From Nitrospirota bacterium (lineage in GTDB: Bacteria > Nitrospirota > UBA9217): 64,000 nt of DNA. Both the position numbers and the translations under genes were made by a program. The DNA lies in contig CAVUCU010000007.1 in assembly GCA_963740085.1 (NCBI GenBank), positions 128,001-192,000 of the forward strand, in the 5' to 3' direction. Below are positions 28,527-38,621 of the stretch, piece by piece (the stretch's first letter is position 1; each line of letters opens with the position of its first letter). The notes beneath the pieces are model-generated. The model saw nothing but the letters and a program-made list of their open reading frames with translations. It did not search any database and was not told the DNA's origin.

Positions 28527-28558
28527 AAGGCGCCTCACCTTGAGGCGCCTTTTTTTTT
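28527..28558 (+). terminator. Rho-independent terminator
   Basis: AAGGCGCCTCA-CCT-TGAGGCGCCTT followed by a T-run. Confidence 0.85.
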
Positions 28559-28752
28559 ACGATCATCTCCCTTTATTATTGTAGTGAGCGCCGTAAGCCT
28601 TCGGGTCGCCTCTCGATGCCTCTCCCTTTATTTCAGTAGAAACCTGGCGCACAGAACATTTTTTTGCATTCTTTAAAATTCGATCCGATATTTTCTCATC
28701 TTTGCAAAGCAACTTACTCCCCGCTTCTAAATAAATTCAACCAGTTGCGTTT

Positions 28753-28768
28753 TGGCATGCTAGATGCA
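28753..28768 (+). promoter_or_regulatory. Sigma54 (-24/-12) promoter
   Basis: TGGCATGCTAGATGCA (GG-N10-GC), 40 bp upstream of the ATG at 28808. Confidence 0.75.
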
Positions 28769-28807
28769 ATAACCAAAGCAAGACACTGCGAAAAGGAGGA
28801 AACGAAA

Positions 28808-29131
28808 ATGAAAAACACACTTGCAAGAAAAACAGCGTACATCGGGGCCGGTGCGGGTTTGGTGCTCTTCGCGATCTTCGGACTTCTCCCGGGCAGTTTG
28901 ATTGGCGGAGCGGCCGGACTAAAATTAGTTGGTATGCTCTTCAACCAGACTCTTGAGGCGGGGATCATCTCGCGGGGCATCGTACTGGCATCCATGCTCA
29001 TGGGCGTCGTGGTCTCAGGTATCGCCGTCGTGACGGCTACGTCAACCACAGGATGGCTTCTGGGAAGAGTGATAGAGGCATCGGTACACCAAGCCGATCC
29101 GGAAGCAGCAGTTGTCGTCAGAAATCAATAA
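28808..29131 (+). CDS. Small Gly-rich membrane protein, paralog 1
   Basis: AGGAGG RBS; MKNTLARKTAYIGAGAGLVLFAIFGLLPG. Confidence 0.8.
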   Translation: MKNTLARKTAYIGAGAGLVLFAIFGLLPGSLIGGAAGLKLVGMLFNQTLEAGIISRGIVLASMLMGVVVSGIAVVTATSTTGWLLGRVIEASVHQADPEAAVVVRNQ

Positions 29132-29185
29132 TCGGTCAAGAAGATCGAGATTAAACTAAACAGCTGAGGCTGGAAGGAGATTATC

Positions 29186-29503
29186 ATGAAGAACGAAACG
29201 GTAAAAGCGGGTATGAAGATCGGTGCAACGGTAGGTGGTTTGGTTTTCCTGGTGTTTGGCATCATGCCGGGGTTCTATTTCGGCAGCTTCGGAACTCTGG
29301 TCCTGCTCCAGAAGTTGATGGGAGGCCCGGTTGAGCCGACCCTCTTCGTCAGGGCCGCCGTGGTGATGGGAATCGTGGTTGGGATCGCCTGTGCAGCGAC
29401 AGTGAGCGTTGTGATAGGAGGACTCGCCGGCACGGTCGCCGGGTATGTGGTATCGGCGCCTGCTGCATTGCGGGGGAAACAAGCTGCTGAGGAAAAAGCC
29501 TAA
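29186..29503 (+). CDS. Small Gly-rich membrane protein, paralog 2
   Basis: AAGGAG RBS; IGATVGGLVFLVFGIMPG, collinear with paralog 1. Confidence 0.8.
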   Translation: MKNETVKAGMKIGATVGGLVFLVFGIMPGFYFGSFGTLVLLQKLMGGPVEPTLFVRAAVVMGIVVGIACAATVSVVIGGLAGTVAGYVVSAPAALRGKQAAEEKA

Positions 29504-29602
29504 GTGCGACAGGGGAATCAATCGCCAGGAGTCATGAGGACACCGGGAAACGAGCGCAGCACAGTAAACAACCAATAGCTATCAGCTATGAAGCTGAAAC
29601 AG

Positions 29603-29629
29603 AAGGCGGTGAGCAATCACCGCCTTTTT
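29603..29629 (+). terminator. Rho-independent terminator between convergent genes
   Basis: AAGGCGGTGA-GCAA-TCACCGCCTT followed by Ts. Confidence 0.8.
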
Positions 29630-29646
29630 ATTTTTAGAGAGACCAC

Positions 29647-30993
29647 TTAGCGACCGGTAACACGCGGACGGCTCGGTTTAAACGTTCGCGTACCGGAGGG
29701 ACGGGACGTACCAAAAGAACGCGGGGAAGCATCATGCGGTCTTGCCCCGGCGTGTGCCGGTTTGTGGGTTTCCGCAACCTTACCCCTTGCAGGCTTTGTA
29801 ACGGGACGCTCCCGGCGGCGCTGCGGTTCGCGCGGCGGGCGGGCAAACTCGGAATCCCGTGTCGGCGCGGCTTTTCTGTAATCAAAGTCTTTCAGGAACC
29901 GGCGCTCGACCTTCTCGCCGAGCACGCGCTCGATGCTCCTGACCAGGGGCTCGTCTTCACGGGTAACAAAGGTGAATGCGTCGCCGGTTTTCGCGGCCCG
30001 GCCGGTCCGGCCGATACGGTGCGTATAAGCATCCGTGGTGTCGGGAATGTCGTAGTTGATGACATGGGATATGCTCGAAACATCGATTCCGCGGGCCGCG
30101 ATATCGGTTGCCACAAGGATCTGATACGATCCGTCTCTGAACCCGTCGAGCGCCGCCTGGCGCTTGTTCTGCGACAAGTTGCCCTGGAGCGATGCGGCCC
30201 TGAAACCCGCCTTTTCCAGCTGTTGTCCAATGCGCTTGGCCCGGTGCTTCGTCCGCGTAAAGATCAGGATGGATTCCGTATCCGTATGTTTGAGGAGTTC
30301 CATGAGAAGCGCTGTCTTAAGATGCTGTTCGACCGGATAGAGCGCGTGCGATACCGTGTTCGCCGGTGCCGCATGGCCGATCTGCACCGTGACCGGGTCG
30401 TGCTGTACTTCGCGCACCAGTTTCCGGATGTCATCGGGCATCGTGGCCGAGAACAACAGGGTCTGTCTTTTTGCCGGTACCTGCTTGATGATCTTCCGGA
30501 TATCGGGCAGGAAACCCATATCGAACATGCGATCCGCCTCGTCCAACACAAGCACCTCCACATGCGACAAGTCGATCGTTTTCTGATTGAGGTGGTCGAG
30601 CAAACGGCCCGGGCAGGCCACGACGATCTCGACACCGGCACGCAGTTTCTGTATCTGGGGGTTTACGCCTACGCCGCCGTAAATGGTCGCGCTGCGCAAT
30701 TTCGTGTCGCGGCCGAGCGCGACAATGGCCACGTGCGTCTGCTCGGCAAGTTCCCGAGTCGGAGCTATGATCAGTGCGCGGACACGGCCGCGCGGTCCCT
30801 TCAACAGGTGTTCAAGGATCGGCAGAACAAAAGCGGCCGTCTTCCCGGTCCCCGTCTGCGCCAGACCCATGACATCGCGCCCCTGCAGGACCGGCGGGAT
30901 CGCCTCGTTCTGAATTGGCGTCGGGGTGGTATAGCCGAGCGCCTTAATGCCGGCTGAGATGCTCGGATGGAACTTGAATGGCTCGAATTTCAA
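29647..30993 (-). CDS. rhlE: DEAD-box RNA helicase (RhlE-like), second copy
   Basis: AQTGTGKT, PTRELA, DEAD, SAT, HRIGRTGRA. Confidence 0.9.
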   Translation of the reverse strand: MKFEPFKFHPSISAGIKALGYTTPTPIQNEAIPPVLQGRDVMGLAQTGTGKTAAFVLPILEHLLKGPRGRVRALIIAPTRELAEQTHVAIVALGRDTKLRSATIYGGVGVNPQIQKLRAGVEIVVACPGRLLDHLNQKTIDLSHVEVLVLDEADRMFDMGFLPDIRKIIKQVPAKRQTLLFSATMPDDIRKLVREVQHDPVTVQIGHAAPANTVSHALYPVEQHLKTALLMELLKHTDTESILIFTRTKHRAKRIGQQLEKAGFRAASLQGNLSQNKRQAALDGFRDGSYQILVATDIAARGIDVSSISHVINYDIPDTTDAYTHRIGRTGRAAKTGDAFTFVTREDEPLVRSIERVLGEKVERRFLKDFDYRKAAPTRDSEFARPPREPQRRRERPVTKPARGKVAETHKPAHAGARPHDASPRSFGTSRPSGTRTFKPSRPRVTGR

Positions 30994-31088
30994 TGTGGCT
31001 CCTTACGATAAATGCTACAACATACTTCCGGGAACACAAAACCGCCTGACAGCAGATAGCTTAATGTACACTCGTGTAGCTGGTTAAT

Positions 31089-31119
31089 AAAAAAGGCCCC
31101 GGATCGCTCCGGGGCCTTT
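31089..31119 (-). terminator. Terminator/attenuator between the cold-shock gene and the helicase
   Basis: AAAGGCCCCGGA-loop-TCCGGGGCCTTT with a T-run on the minus strand. Confidence 0.8.
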
Positions 31120-31155
31120 GGAGTGGTTATATAAATATTTTTTTTAGAGTCGCTC

Positions 31156-31356
31156 TTAGGCTTTGGCTACATTCGCCGCCTGAAGACCCTTGGGACCCTT
31201 TACGACTTCGAAGGTCACCTTGTCACCCTCGTTCAGGGACTTGAAACCGTCGCCCGAAATTGCCGAAAAGTGCACAAACACATCCTCACCGTTCTCCTGC
31301 GTGATAAAACCGAACCCCTTGCTGTTGTTGAACCACTTCACTACACCGTTTGCCAT
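31156..31356 (-). CDS. Cold-shock protein (CspA family)
   Basis: [28 protein letters not shown]. Confidence 0.96.
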   Translation of the reverse strand: MANGVVKWFNNSKGFGFITQENGEDVFVHFSAISGDGFKSLNEGDKVTFEVVKGPKGLQAANVAKA

Positions 31357-31502
31357 TTCTGTTTCTCCTCTGTTTCTAAATTGAAATTGTCCGGGAATTT
31401 TCCGCGGATAGGTAAGAATACCGTTTTCCCCGTACTATGTCAAGCTGATAATTGCAAAAAACGACCCCTATAAAAAAGTTACCAGAACGGTGAACGTGCA
31501 AT

Positions 31503-34500
31503 TCAGCTTGCCGTTTTTTTTCTAGGCGTACCTCGCGACGTCCTGGCCTCCTTATATGACTTTGCCTGATGCATGAATGCCTCGATCCGGGTCAGTGTCT
31601 GGGAGTCGCCCTGTCCTTCGTAGGCGATATTCAGGAGGGGGATGTTATTGTGATCTTCGCGCACACGCTTCAACACGGCGCTCGCAATGGTGCCGGGCAT
31701 GCACGTGAAAGGCATCACGTTCACAATGCCCGAAACGCCGCGGTTGATGTAGTCGATGGCCTTTCCCACGGACAGCACGGCCTCCCCCTCGAATGAATAG
31801 TGGATGTAGGGTGCTGCAGTACGCAGGGTCTGTTCTATGCTCGGCTCGTGCAGGCTCCGGAGGTTGCCATTGAAACCGCTCAGGAGCCGGCGCTCGTCCT
31901 TGCTCTGAATCATACCGGTCATATATGCCTTGAGCAATGCATTCCATGACCGGTTCATCTTTGCCGACACCTTGGCCGTTGCGTTCACGTACAGGAGCCA
32001 CTCGGAGATCGGCGCGACCCAGGCCTCGCCGCCAAGCCTCTCGATCTGCCGTACCACGTCCTCATTGCTGAACCGGTTGGAGCGGATATAGATCTCGCCC
32101 ACCACGCCGATCACCGGCCTGGTACGCTCGGCGATCTCGATGGCGGAGAAGTCCTCATAGACGTTACGCAGCACGGGAAGGAGGTCCGCCCTTCGCTCGA
32201 TGGCAACGCTCACCGTATTCAGCGCGGTCTGATAGACCCGGTCCGTCTGACCCTTCCGCTTTTCGTAAGGCCGATATTCCCAAAGCGCCTTCTGGAGCAT
32301 GTCCACGGCGAACACACCCCGCCAGCACATAAGCACAAAATCCTTATCAAGCACCCGGACGTCATTATGGAGCGACTCATCCTGCATGGGAGAGAGGACC
32401 TCCACGCGGTCGAGCCCCAGGTTGTCGAGTACCTGGCGGTGGTAGCGGTTATATTGTCCGAAGCGGCAGGGTCCTTTTCCCGAAGGCATGAAGAAGGCGC
32501 TCCTGTCAGGATCGAAGCCGGGCCTGCGTGTTGCCTTGATCATATCGCCGGTCGTGAGGGCAAGGGGATAGCACTCGCGGCCCGAGCTGTGTTTTCTGCC
32601 GATCCGCACCGTCTCGTCGTCCGACTCGGGCAGCACCTCGGTATCCACGCCGCAGGCACGGAACGCGGCAGAGAGCGCATGCGCGTGATCGGTCATCGGA
32701 GGGAAATAGACCTTTTTCGTGCGAAGCGTTCCCTTGCTCCGACTTTGGACCGAGAAGGGCCCGCGCGGTTTGCCCTGTCCCGCATTCTTGAGGCTGTCCA
32801 GGAACGCCTCGATCCTCGTGATCGCCCCGGCATCTGCGCTGTGCTCATCGATCTCGAGTTGGAGAAAGGGCTTGCCTGACATCTCATGCCTGAAGAAGTG
32901 AGTGATGAATGAATCCGGTCCGCACCCGAAGTTCGTGATATAGAGCGGGTAGAGGTTTGGATGTTCCCGGATGATCCTCCCCGCAGCCATGATCTTCTGC
33001 CCGGACAACCAGTACATGTTCTCAAGGCCAATACTGTCCACGCTGTGGAGGGGCAGAAAATCCATGGGAATGGCCTGGATACCCAGATCGCGGATCTTGG
33101 AAGGCAGGTTCATGTTCACACCGGGGTCGCAGGTGTTATAGCTCCGGCCAATGAGCACGACTGCCTTTTCTCCGGGCTTGATCGCTGAAAGGACGGCACG
33201 ACCATGCTCCTCAACGGCATGCAGAAATTTTTCCTGTGCCTGATGGGCGACCTGCTGCGCCCTCTTCACCGCCGCCCTGCCCTTGCCGAGCGATGCACCC
33301 AGCATCTGCATGCTCTTGTTGAAATGACGCTCGTCCTGCAGATAGAGAACCGGCTCGACCGTCTTGATGTCGCCGACGAGGACCGATGACCTGGCAATAT
33401 ACGGTAAAGCCTGGGCATAGGGACAGGCCTGTGCGTTCTTGTCCTGGTCCCCGGAGGCGGGAACACGGATAAAGCTCGGCAGGAACAAGATGTCCACTTT
33501 TTTATCGATAAGATCCTGAATATGCCCGAGCGCGACCTTGGCGGGAAAGCAGGTCTCGGCCACAGTGACCTCGAGCGCCCGGTTGATCAGCGTCCGGTTC
33601 GTGCGATCCGACAGCACCACGCGGTAACCAAGCTCGGCAAAGAAGGTCTGAAAGAACGGCATGAAATCGTTCACATACAGCATGCGTGGAATGCCGATGC
33701 TCGGTGCATTCAGAGCCGGCTGCCGGTGTGCTGTTGCAGTGATGAGGAGGTCCTCGCGCTGCGCGAAAAGGTCCGTTGCCGCGCCGGAAGACGCCGTCTT
33801 TTTCTTTACGTCATACTTCTCGCACCGGCTGCCGTAAAAGAGCGGCTTCTCTCCGTCAAAGAGCACCCTGCGGATATTACAACGGTTCGGGCACTCGGCG
33901 CACTCGAAGGTCGTGACACGGTAATCACGCTTGCTCAGGTCAAAACCCTTAAAGGTACTTGCCCCCGAGCGTTCGCGCATGGCCAGGATAGCTACGCCGA
34001 TCGCGCCGGTGACCTCATAATGCGGCGGAACCGTGATGGGCTTGTTCGTGATCGTCTCAAAGGCGGATACGACGGCCCTGTTCGCGGCAACGCCTCCCTG
34101 GAAGAAGATGCGGTCCCCAACGCGCTTGCCGGCCACCACTTTATTGAGATAGTTGTAGACAATCGAGTACGCGAGTCCGGCGGTTAGCTCTTCCACACCC
34201 GAGCCGGTGTTCATGGAGTGTACCAGGTCGGACTCCATGAACACGGTGCAGCGCTCCCCGAACCTGCAGGGCGACTCTGCCTGGAACGCCCTGTTCTCAA
34301 ACTCCTTCTTGATGTTTATGCCGAGCCGCTCTGCCTGCTCTTCCAGGAACGAACCCGTGCCCGCGGCGCAGGCCTTGTTCATTTCGAAGTCGACCACCGC
34401 TCCATCACGGAGGCTGATAAACTTCGAGTCCTGTCCTCCGATCTCGAAGATGGTGTCCACCGCAGGATCAATGGCAGCAGCGGCGGTTGCCTGGGCGGTG

Positions 34501-35711
34501 ATCTCGTTCCTGACCACGTCGGCGCCTATCATATCGCCCGTTAAATACCGTCCGGAACCCGTGGTGCCTGCCCCGAGGATCTTGACCCGTGAACCTATCT
34601 CCTCACCCACTTCTGCTAGGCCCAGCTTAACCGCTTCGATCGGCCTGCCTGCCGTAGGAAGATATCGTTTGGACAGCACCCGCATGTTCTTGTCGATCAC
34701 GACCACATTGGTCGAGACGGACCCCACGTCCACTCCCAGATAGACCTCGATCAGACCATCCACGTCCGGTGAAGCATCGCAGTCCGGATTCGGCATGATG
34801 CCACGGGGCCTGGCAAGGGGTCTTACGCCGGAGTGGGCAATCTTTTCTCCCGAGGAGAGGTAGGCGTCAAGCGCGGACAAGCCGCGGTACTTAACATGAT
34901 GACCGGACGGCTCCATGACCATGAGCCCCGCGCCTATCGCGCCCGAGGTGGTGAAGTGGCCGGGTACACGGATATCGGATTCCGACAGGGCAAGTACTTC
35001 GCGGAAGGCCCTGCGCATGCCGAGGTTCGCGGCAACACCGCCCAGGAACAAGAGAGGCGTAAGGAACTTTTTGCCCTTGCCCACGGTGGCCTTGAAGTTC
35101 CTGGCCATGGCAAAACAGAGCCCCGCCACAATATCGTAGTCCGGAGTGGCGCTCTGCTGGAGGTGGATCATGTCGCTCTTGGCGAAAACGCTGCACCGAC
35201 CCGCGACACGCGGCGGCGACTTGGATTCGAGGGCGATGGCGCTGAACTCTTCGATGGTGAGGTGGAGACGTGAAGCCTGCTGATCGAGAAATGATCCGGT
35301 GCCCGCTGCGCAGGCTGCGTTCATGGAGAAGTCTTCGATCCTGACCCCCTGAGTGACCGCATCGCGGGCGAGGGTGATGAGCTTCGCGTCCTCACCGCCC
35401 ATCTCGATGATGGTGCGCGCATCAGGATGATAACGGCCGGCGAAGGCGGACTGAGCAAGGATCTCATTGATGAACAAAGCCCCCAGGGTTCCGGCAACCT
35501 GCTTCCCGCCGCTCCCGGTAATACCGGCAGCGATGATTCCGTTCTCGGGAAATTGTGACGTCAGCGCCTGAAGCTCGTTCTTGAGAGAATTGAGCGGGTC
35601 CCCCTTGATGCGGGTGTACGTCTCGGAGAGCAGCGTCTTGTCCGCACGAAGGAGCGCGGTCTTGATGGTCACCGAACCGATATCGATACCGAGGAAGAGG
35701 TCTTTTTGCAT
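31503..35711 (-). CDS. Fused CoA-dehydratase-activator-type protein (two activase ATPase domains plus DUF2229/HgdB-like domains), PlsA/Ger-like
   Basis: GIDIGS and GVDVGS; CAAGTGSFL twice; CSVF and CTVF; CAECPNRC; ETCFPAK; NFGCGPDS; ECYP; GPCRFGQY; PFTCMPG. Confidence 0.85.
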   Translation of the reverse strand: MQKDLFLGIDIGSVTIKTALLRADKTLLSETYTRIKGDPLNSLKNELQALTSQFPENGIIAAGITGSGGKQVAGTLGALFINEILAQSAFAGRYHPDARTIIEMGGEDAKLITLARDAVTQGVRIEDFSMNAACAAGTGSFLDQQASRLHLTIEEFSAIALESKSPPRVAGRCSVFAKSDMIHLQQSATPDYDIVAGLCFAMARNFKATVGKGKKFLTPLLFLGGVAANLGMRRAFREVLALSESDIRVPGHFTTSGAIGAGLMVMEPSGHHVKYRGLSALDAYLSSGEKIAHSGVRPLARPRGIMPNPDCDASPDVDGLIEVYLGVDVGSVSTNVVVIDKNMRVLSKRYLPTAGRPIEAVKLGLAEVGEEIGSRVKILGAGTTGSGRYLTGDMIGADVVRNEITAQATAAAAIDPAVDTIFEIGGQDSKFISLRDGAVVDFEMNKACAAGTGSFLEEQAERLGINIKKEFENRAFQAESPCRFGERCTVFMESDLVHSMNTGSGVEELTAGLAYSIVYNYLNKVVAGKRVGDRIFFQGGVAANRAVVSAFETITNKPITVPPHYEVTGAIGVAILAMRERSGASTFKGFDLSKRDYRVTTFECAECPNRCNIRRVLFDGEKPLFYGSRCEKYDVKKKTASSGAATDLFAQREDLLITATAHRQPALNAPSIGIPRMLYVNDFMPFFQTFFAELGYRVVLSDRTNRTLINRALEVTVAETCFPAKVALGHIQDLIDKKVDILFLPSFIRVPASGDQDKNAQACPYAQALPYIARSSVLVGDIKTVEPVLYLQDERHFNKSMQMLGASLGKGRAAVKRAQQVAHQAQEKFLHAVEEHGRAVLSAIKPGEKAVVLIGRSYNTCDPGVNMNLPSKIRDLGIQAIPMDFLPLHSVDSIGLENMYWLSGQKIMAAGRIIREHPNLYPLYITNFGCGPDSFITHFFRHEMSGKPFLQLEIDEHSADAGAITRIEAFLDSLKNAGQGKPRGPFSVQSRSKGTLRTKKVYFPPMTDHAHALSAAFRACGVDTEVLPESDDETVRIGRKHSSGRECYPLALTTGDMIKATRRPGFDPDRSAFFMPSGKGPCRFGQYNRYHRQVLDNLGLDRVEVLSPMQDESLHNDVRVLDKDFVLMCWRGVFAVDMLQKALWEYRPYEKRKGQTDRVYQTALNTVSVAIERRADLLPVLRNVYEDFSAIEIAERTRPVIGVVGEIYIRSNRFSNEDVVRQIERLGGEAWVAPISEWLLYVNATAKVSAKMNRSWNALLKAYMTGMIQSKDERRLLSGFNGNLRSLHEPSIEQTLRTAAPYIHYSFEGEAVLSVGKAIDYINRGVSGIVNVMPFTCMPGTIASAVLKRVREDHNNIPLLNIAYEGQGDSQTLTRIEAFMHQAKSYKEARTSRGTPRKKTAS

Positions 35712-36046
35712 GAGCCTTTCCTTATGACGAACTTCAGGATTTGCGTGTTACGGCAATAAATAATTTACCACCCTGCCCGAAGAGATCGAAGATCAGGCTT
35801 GATGACGACCATGGATATTCTGAGAACCATCTCTGGTGTTCCATCGAGTGAACGGCAGACGATCTCGAACGGGGCAAAACCGGGATAGTATACTTTTATT
35901 ATAGAAAGAACCGGGACGTTAGTCAATGCCCTGTGAGTAAAAGTCGGGTACTTTAATTGCGTCCGCATATTTGAGACATAAAAAGTAAATAGTAATGTGC
36001 CCGCGGTTAAAATAATGCTATAATATCTCGTTATTTTACCGGGAAA

Positions 36047-36406
36047 GTGCACGTGTCTGCCCGCGCTCAGTACAACGAGGGAATGAAGCAGTTTAGCCAG
36101 AGAAACTTTTGGGGCGCAGAAGAGGCCTTCGAGTGGGCAATTCGCCTTGACCCCGGGAATGCGGAATACGTTTTTCGCAGGAGAATGACGCTCGCACGCA
36201 TTCCGCGCAGGGGGCACGAAGCAGAAGAGCACCTGGTGGCGGCGATCGAGCAACAGCCGAAAAGAAGCGAGTACCATCTGGAACTTGGGCACTTCTACGC
36301 GAGAAGCGGACTGAAAGTGAAGGCGATCACCGCATACCAGAATGCTCTGCAACTCGACCCGGATTCTGACAAGATCACCAAGGCCATTCAGAAAATCAGC
36401 GGATAG
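36047..36406 (+). CDS. TPR-repeat protein (possibly a fragment)
   Basis: AIRLDPGNAEY and AYQNALQLDPD TPR motifs; start uncertain. Confidence 0.55.
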   Translation: MHVSARAQYNEGMKQFSQRNFWGAEEAFEWAIRLDPGNAEYVFRRRMTLARIPRRGHEAEEHLVAAIEQQPKRSEYHLELGHFYARSGLKVKAITAYQNALQLDPDSDKITKAIQKISG

Positions 36407-36427
36407 AAAATCCCCACCTCCGTCATA

Positions 36428-37189
36428 TCATCCCCTCGCGGACATCCTCACCATCCCGACGGGATTCGGAGAAGGACGCTTGTAACCTTTTTCCTGGACC
36501 ACGACGTCCAGGGGCAGGCTCATCAGGTCGGCAAGATCCGGCGTCATGCGGCCGAGCAGTTTCCCGTCCACCGTCTTGACATATGATTTGCACGAATCAC
36601 AGGCACGGACCGTAAATCCTTTTTCATTCCTGACAAAGAAGGTGTTCAACAGTTTCGTATCCTTGTTGTGACAAACAGCACAACCGCCGGCATCACCCCG
36701 TCCTTTCGTACCGCAAAAAGAACAGTGCAGCTGGTGCAGGCCTTCCCTTGAGACGGACAACAGAGATGGCCGCGCGGCGCACACAGGACACCTTCCTTCT
36801 TCCCAAAAGCGGCCATCGCGCTGCAGGACCTCATGCATCCCGAGAAAGTACGGCCTGCTTAAGAGAAAGAGAAGCATCATGAGATCGTCCTCGGGATAGG
36901 GGAGCGAGAAGGCCGGCACTTCGAGCAACGGGAGTCTCGTAAAATCGACCTCGCCAAGCTCCAGGGCCTGTTTCAGGGGGGACAGGCTGCCTTCGGGCAG
37001 ATCAATGACAGGCTGGAAGCGCTCAACGATCCTGCCAACGAACTCCGGCGGATAAGCTTTCAGACCCGGTCTCGAAGGCATACCGAGTGTTTTCACCGCC
37101 TCCGCGAATTGGACGGACCTTTCATAGAACCTCAGTGTGTCCTCGAGATGCGGCTTTTTCGCGATAATTGATTCGATGATTGGGTCCAC
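36428..37189 (-). CDS. fdhE: Formate dehydrogenase accessory protein FdhE-like
   Basis: WEEGRCPVC, CSFC, CAVC, CDSCKSYVK, DLMSLPLD. Confidence 0.85.
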   Translation of the reverse strand: MDPIIESIIAKKPHLEDTLRFYERSVQFAEAVKTLGMPSRPGLKAYPPEFVGRIVERFQPVIDLPEGSLSPLKQALELGEVDFTRLPLLEVPAFSLPYPEDDLMMLLFLLSRPYFLGMHEVLQRDGRFWEEGRCPVCAARPSLLSVSREGLHQLHCSFCGTKGRGDAGGCAVCHNKDTKLLNTFFVRNEKGFTVRACDSCKSYVKTVDGKLLGRMTPDLADLMSLPLDVVVQEKGYKRPSPNPVGMVRMSARG

Positions 37190-37355
37190 AGACGTCCTTC
37201 TTACAAGAATAAACTTGTTGAGAATTGCGGCGGTCCGGACCAGGAAAAAGACAAGACCGAGATACGTGCGCGGACTTATACGCCCGTAAATTTGTTCTCC
37301 GTCTCCTTGTCAGGGCTCATAAGGGATACAAGTAACAGCCTATCTCCGAGAGGGG

Positions 37356-38621
37356 TCAATGCAGGAGGATGTACGAAATCGCACCACCTATATAGCCTAT
37401 GAGGGCAAGAAAACTGATCCTTCGAACATACCAGAAAAACTCAATCTTTTCTATTCCCATGGCGGCAACACCGGCTGCTGATCCGATTATCAGGATCGAA
37501 CCGCCTGTCCCTGCCGCGTAGGCAAGGAACTCCCAAAGGAACGAATCCGGTGGGAACTGCGTCATAGAATACATCCCCATGGAAGCGGCAACAAGCGGCA
37601 CGTTGTCCACAATAGCGCTGACAAGTCCAAAAATGGAAACAATAATCGCCTGGTTGCCCACCATCTTGTCGAGCCATTGGGCAAGCGAAGCCAGGATGTG
37701 CGAATGCTCGAGCGCCGCCACGGCGAGCAAGATCCCGATAAAGAACACCAGTGATGCCATGTCGATCCTTTGAAGTGCCGCCACCAGCGTCAAGTGCTGC
37801 TTCTCAAAGGCATTTTTACTGCGGTGAATCAGCTCTCCAGCCAGCCAGAGCAGGCCAAGACCGAACAAAATGCCCATAAACGGAGGTAAATGCGTCAGGG
37901 TCTTGAAGACAGGAACGGCGCATAATATGCCGATGCCTGCGAAGAACATAAATCTCCTTTCAAATGAGGTTGTCTCATATTTGCCGCGGTTTTCCTCTGT
38001 CTTCGTAGGGATGACAATAGGTTTTCCACGAAGGAGATAACTGATTACAACCAACGGTACCATCAAATTGACCGTTGAGGGGATAAAAACGCCTTTTATG
38101 ATCGCGAGAGCGGTAATCTGTCCTCCTATCCAGAGCATGGTAGTGGTCACGTCTCCTATGGGCGACCACGCACCACCGGCATTGGCAGCGATGACAATGA
38201 TCCCCCCGAAGAACAACCTGTCTTCTCTCCGACCAAGCAGCTTCCGGTTTAAAGACATCATCACGATGGTGGTCGTCAGGTTGTCGAGCACGGCGCTGAG
38301 GAAGAACGTGACGAATCCTATCAGCCACAGGAGGGTAGTCATCCTGGTCGTCTTTATTTTTTCCGTAATGACGTTAAAGCCGTCATGGGCATCAACCACC
38401 TCAACGATCGTCATTGCTCCCATGAGGAAAAAAACGATCTGCGCGGTCGCGGAAAGGGACTCATTCAATTGTTCGGTAACATGGCCGGTGAAGACTGCAT
38501 AGATCGTCCATAACAGGCCGGCGCCTACCAGGGCAGGCGCGCTCTTATTGACCTTGAGCGGATGCTCGAGCGCGATTGCTGCATAGGCTATCACAAAAAC
38601 AATAATCAGTACTGCGTTCAT
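37356..38621 (-). CDS. nhaD: Na+/H+ antiporter, NhaD family
   Basis: LDNLTTT, ANAGGAWSPIGDVTT, SAIVDNVP, GTGGSILIIGSAAG. Confidence 0.92.
   Translation of the reverse strand: MNAVLIIVFVIAYAAIALEHPLKVNKSAPALVGAGLLWTIYAVFTGHVTEQLNESLSATAQIVFFLMGAMTIVEVVDAHDGFNVITEKIKTTRMTTLLWLIGFVTFFLSAVLDNLTTTIVMMSLNRKLLGRREDRLFFGGIIVIAANAGGAWSPIGDVTTTMLWIGGQITALAIIKGVFIPSTVNLMVPLVVISYLLRGKPIVIPTKTEENRGKYETTSFERRFMFFAGIGILCAVPVFKTLTHLPPFMGILFGLGLLWLAGELIHRSKNAFEKQHLTLVAALQRIDMASLVFFIGILLAVAALEHSHILASLAQWLDKMVGNQAIIVSIFGLVSAIVDNVPLVAASMGMYSMTQFPPDSFLWEFLAYAAGTGGSILIIGSAAGVAAMGIEKIEFFWYVRRISFLALIGYIGGAISYILLH

Noticed and set aside
36428-37189. FdhE plus the FNT transporter as a formate utilisation locus
   Set aside because: They are 33 kb apart and no formate dehydrogenase genes are in the window.
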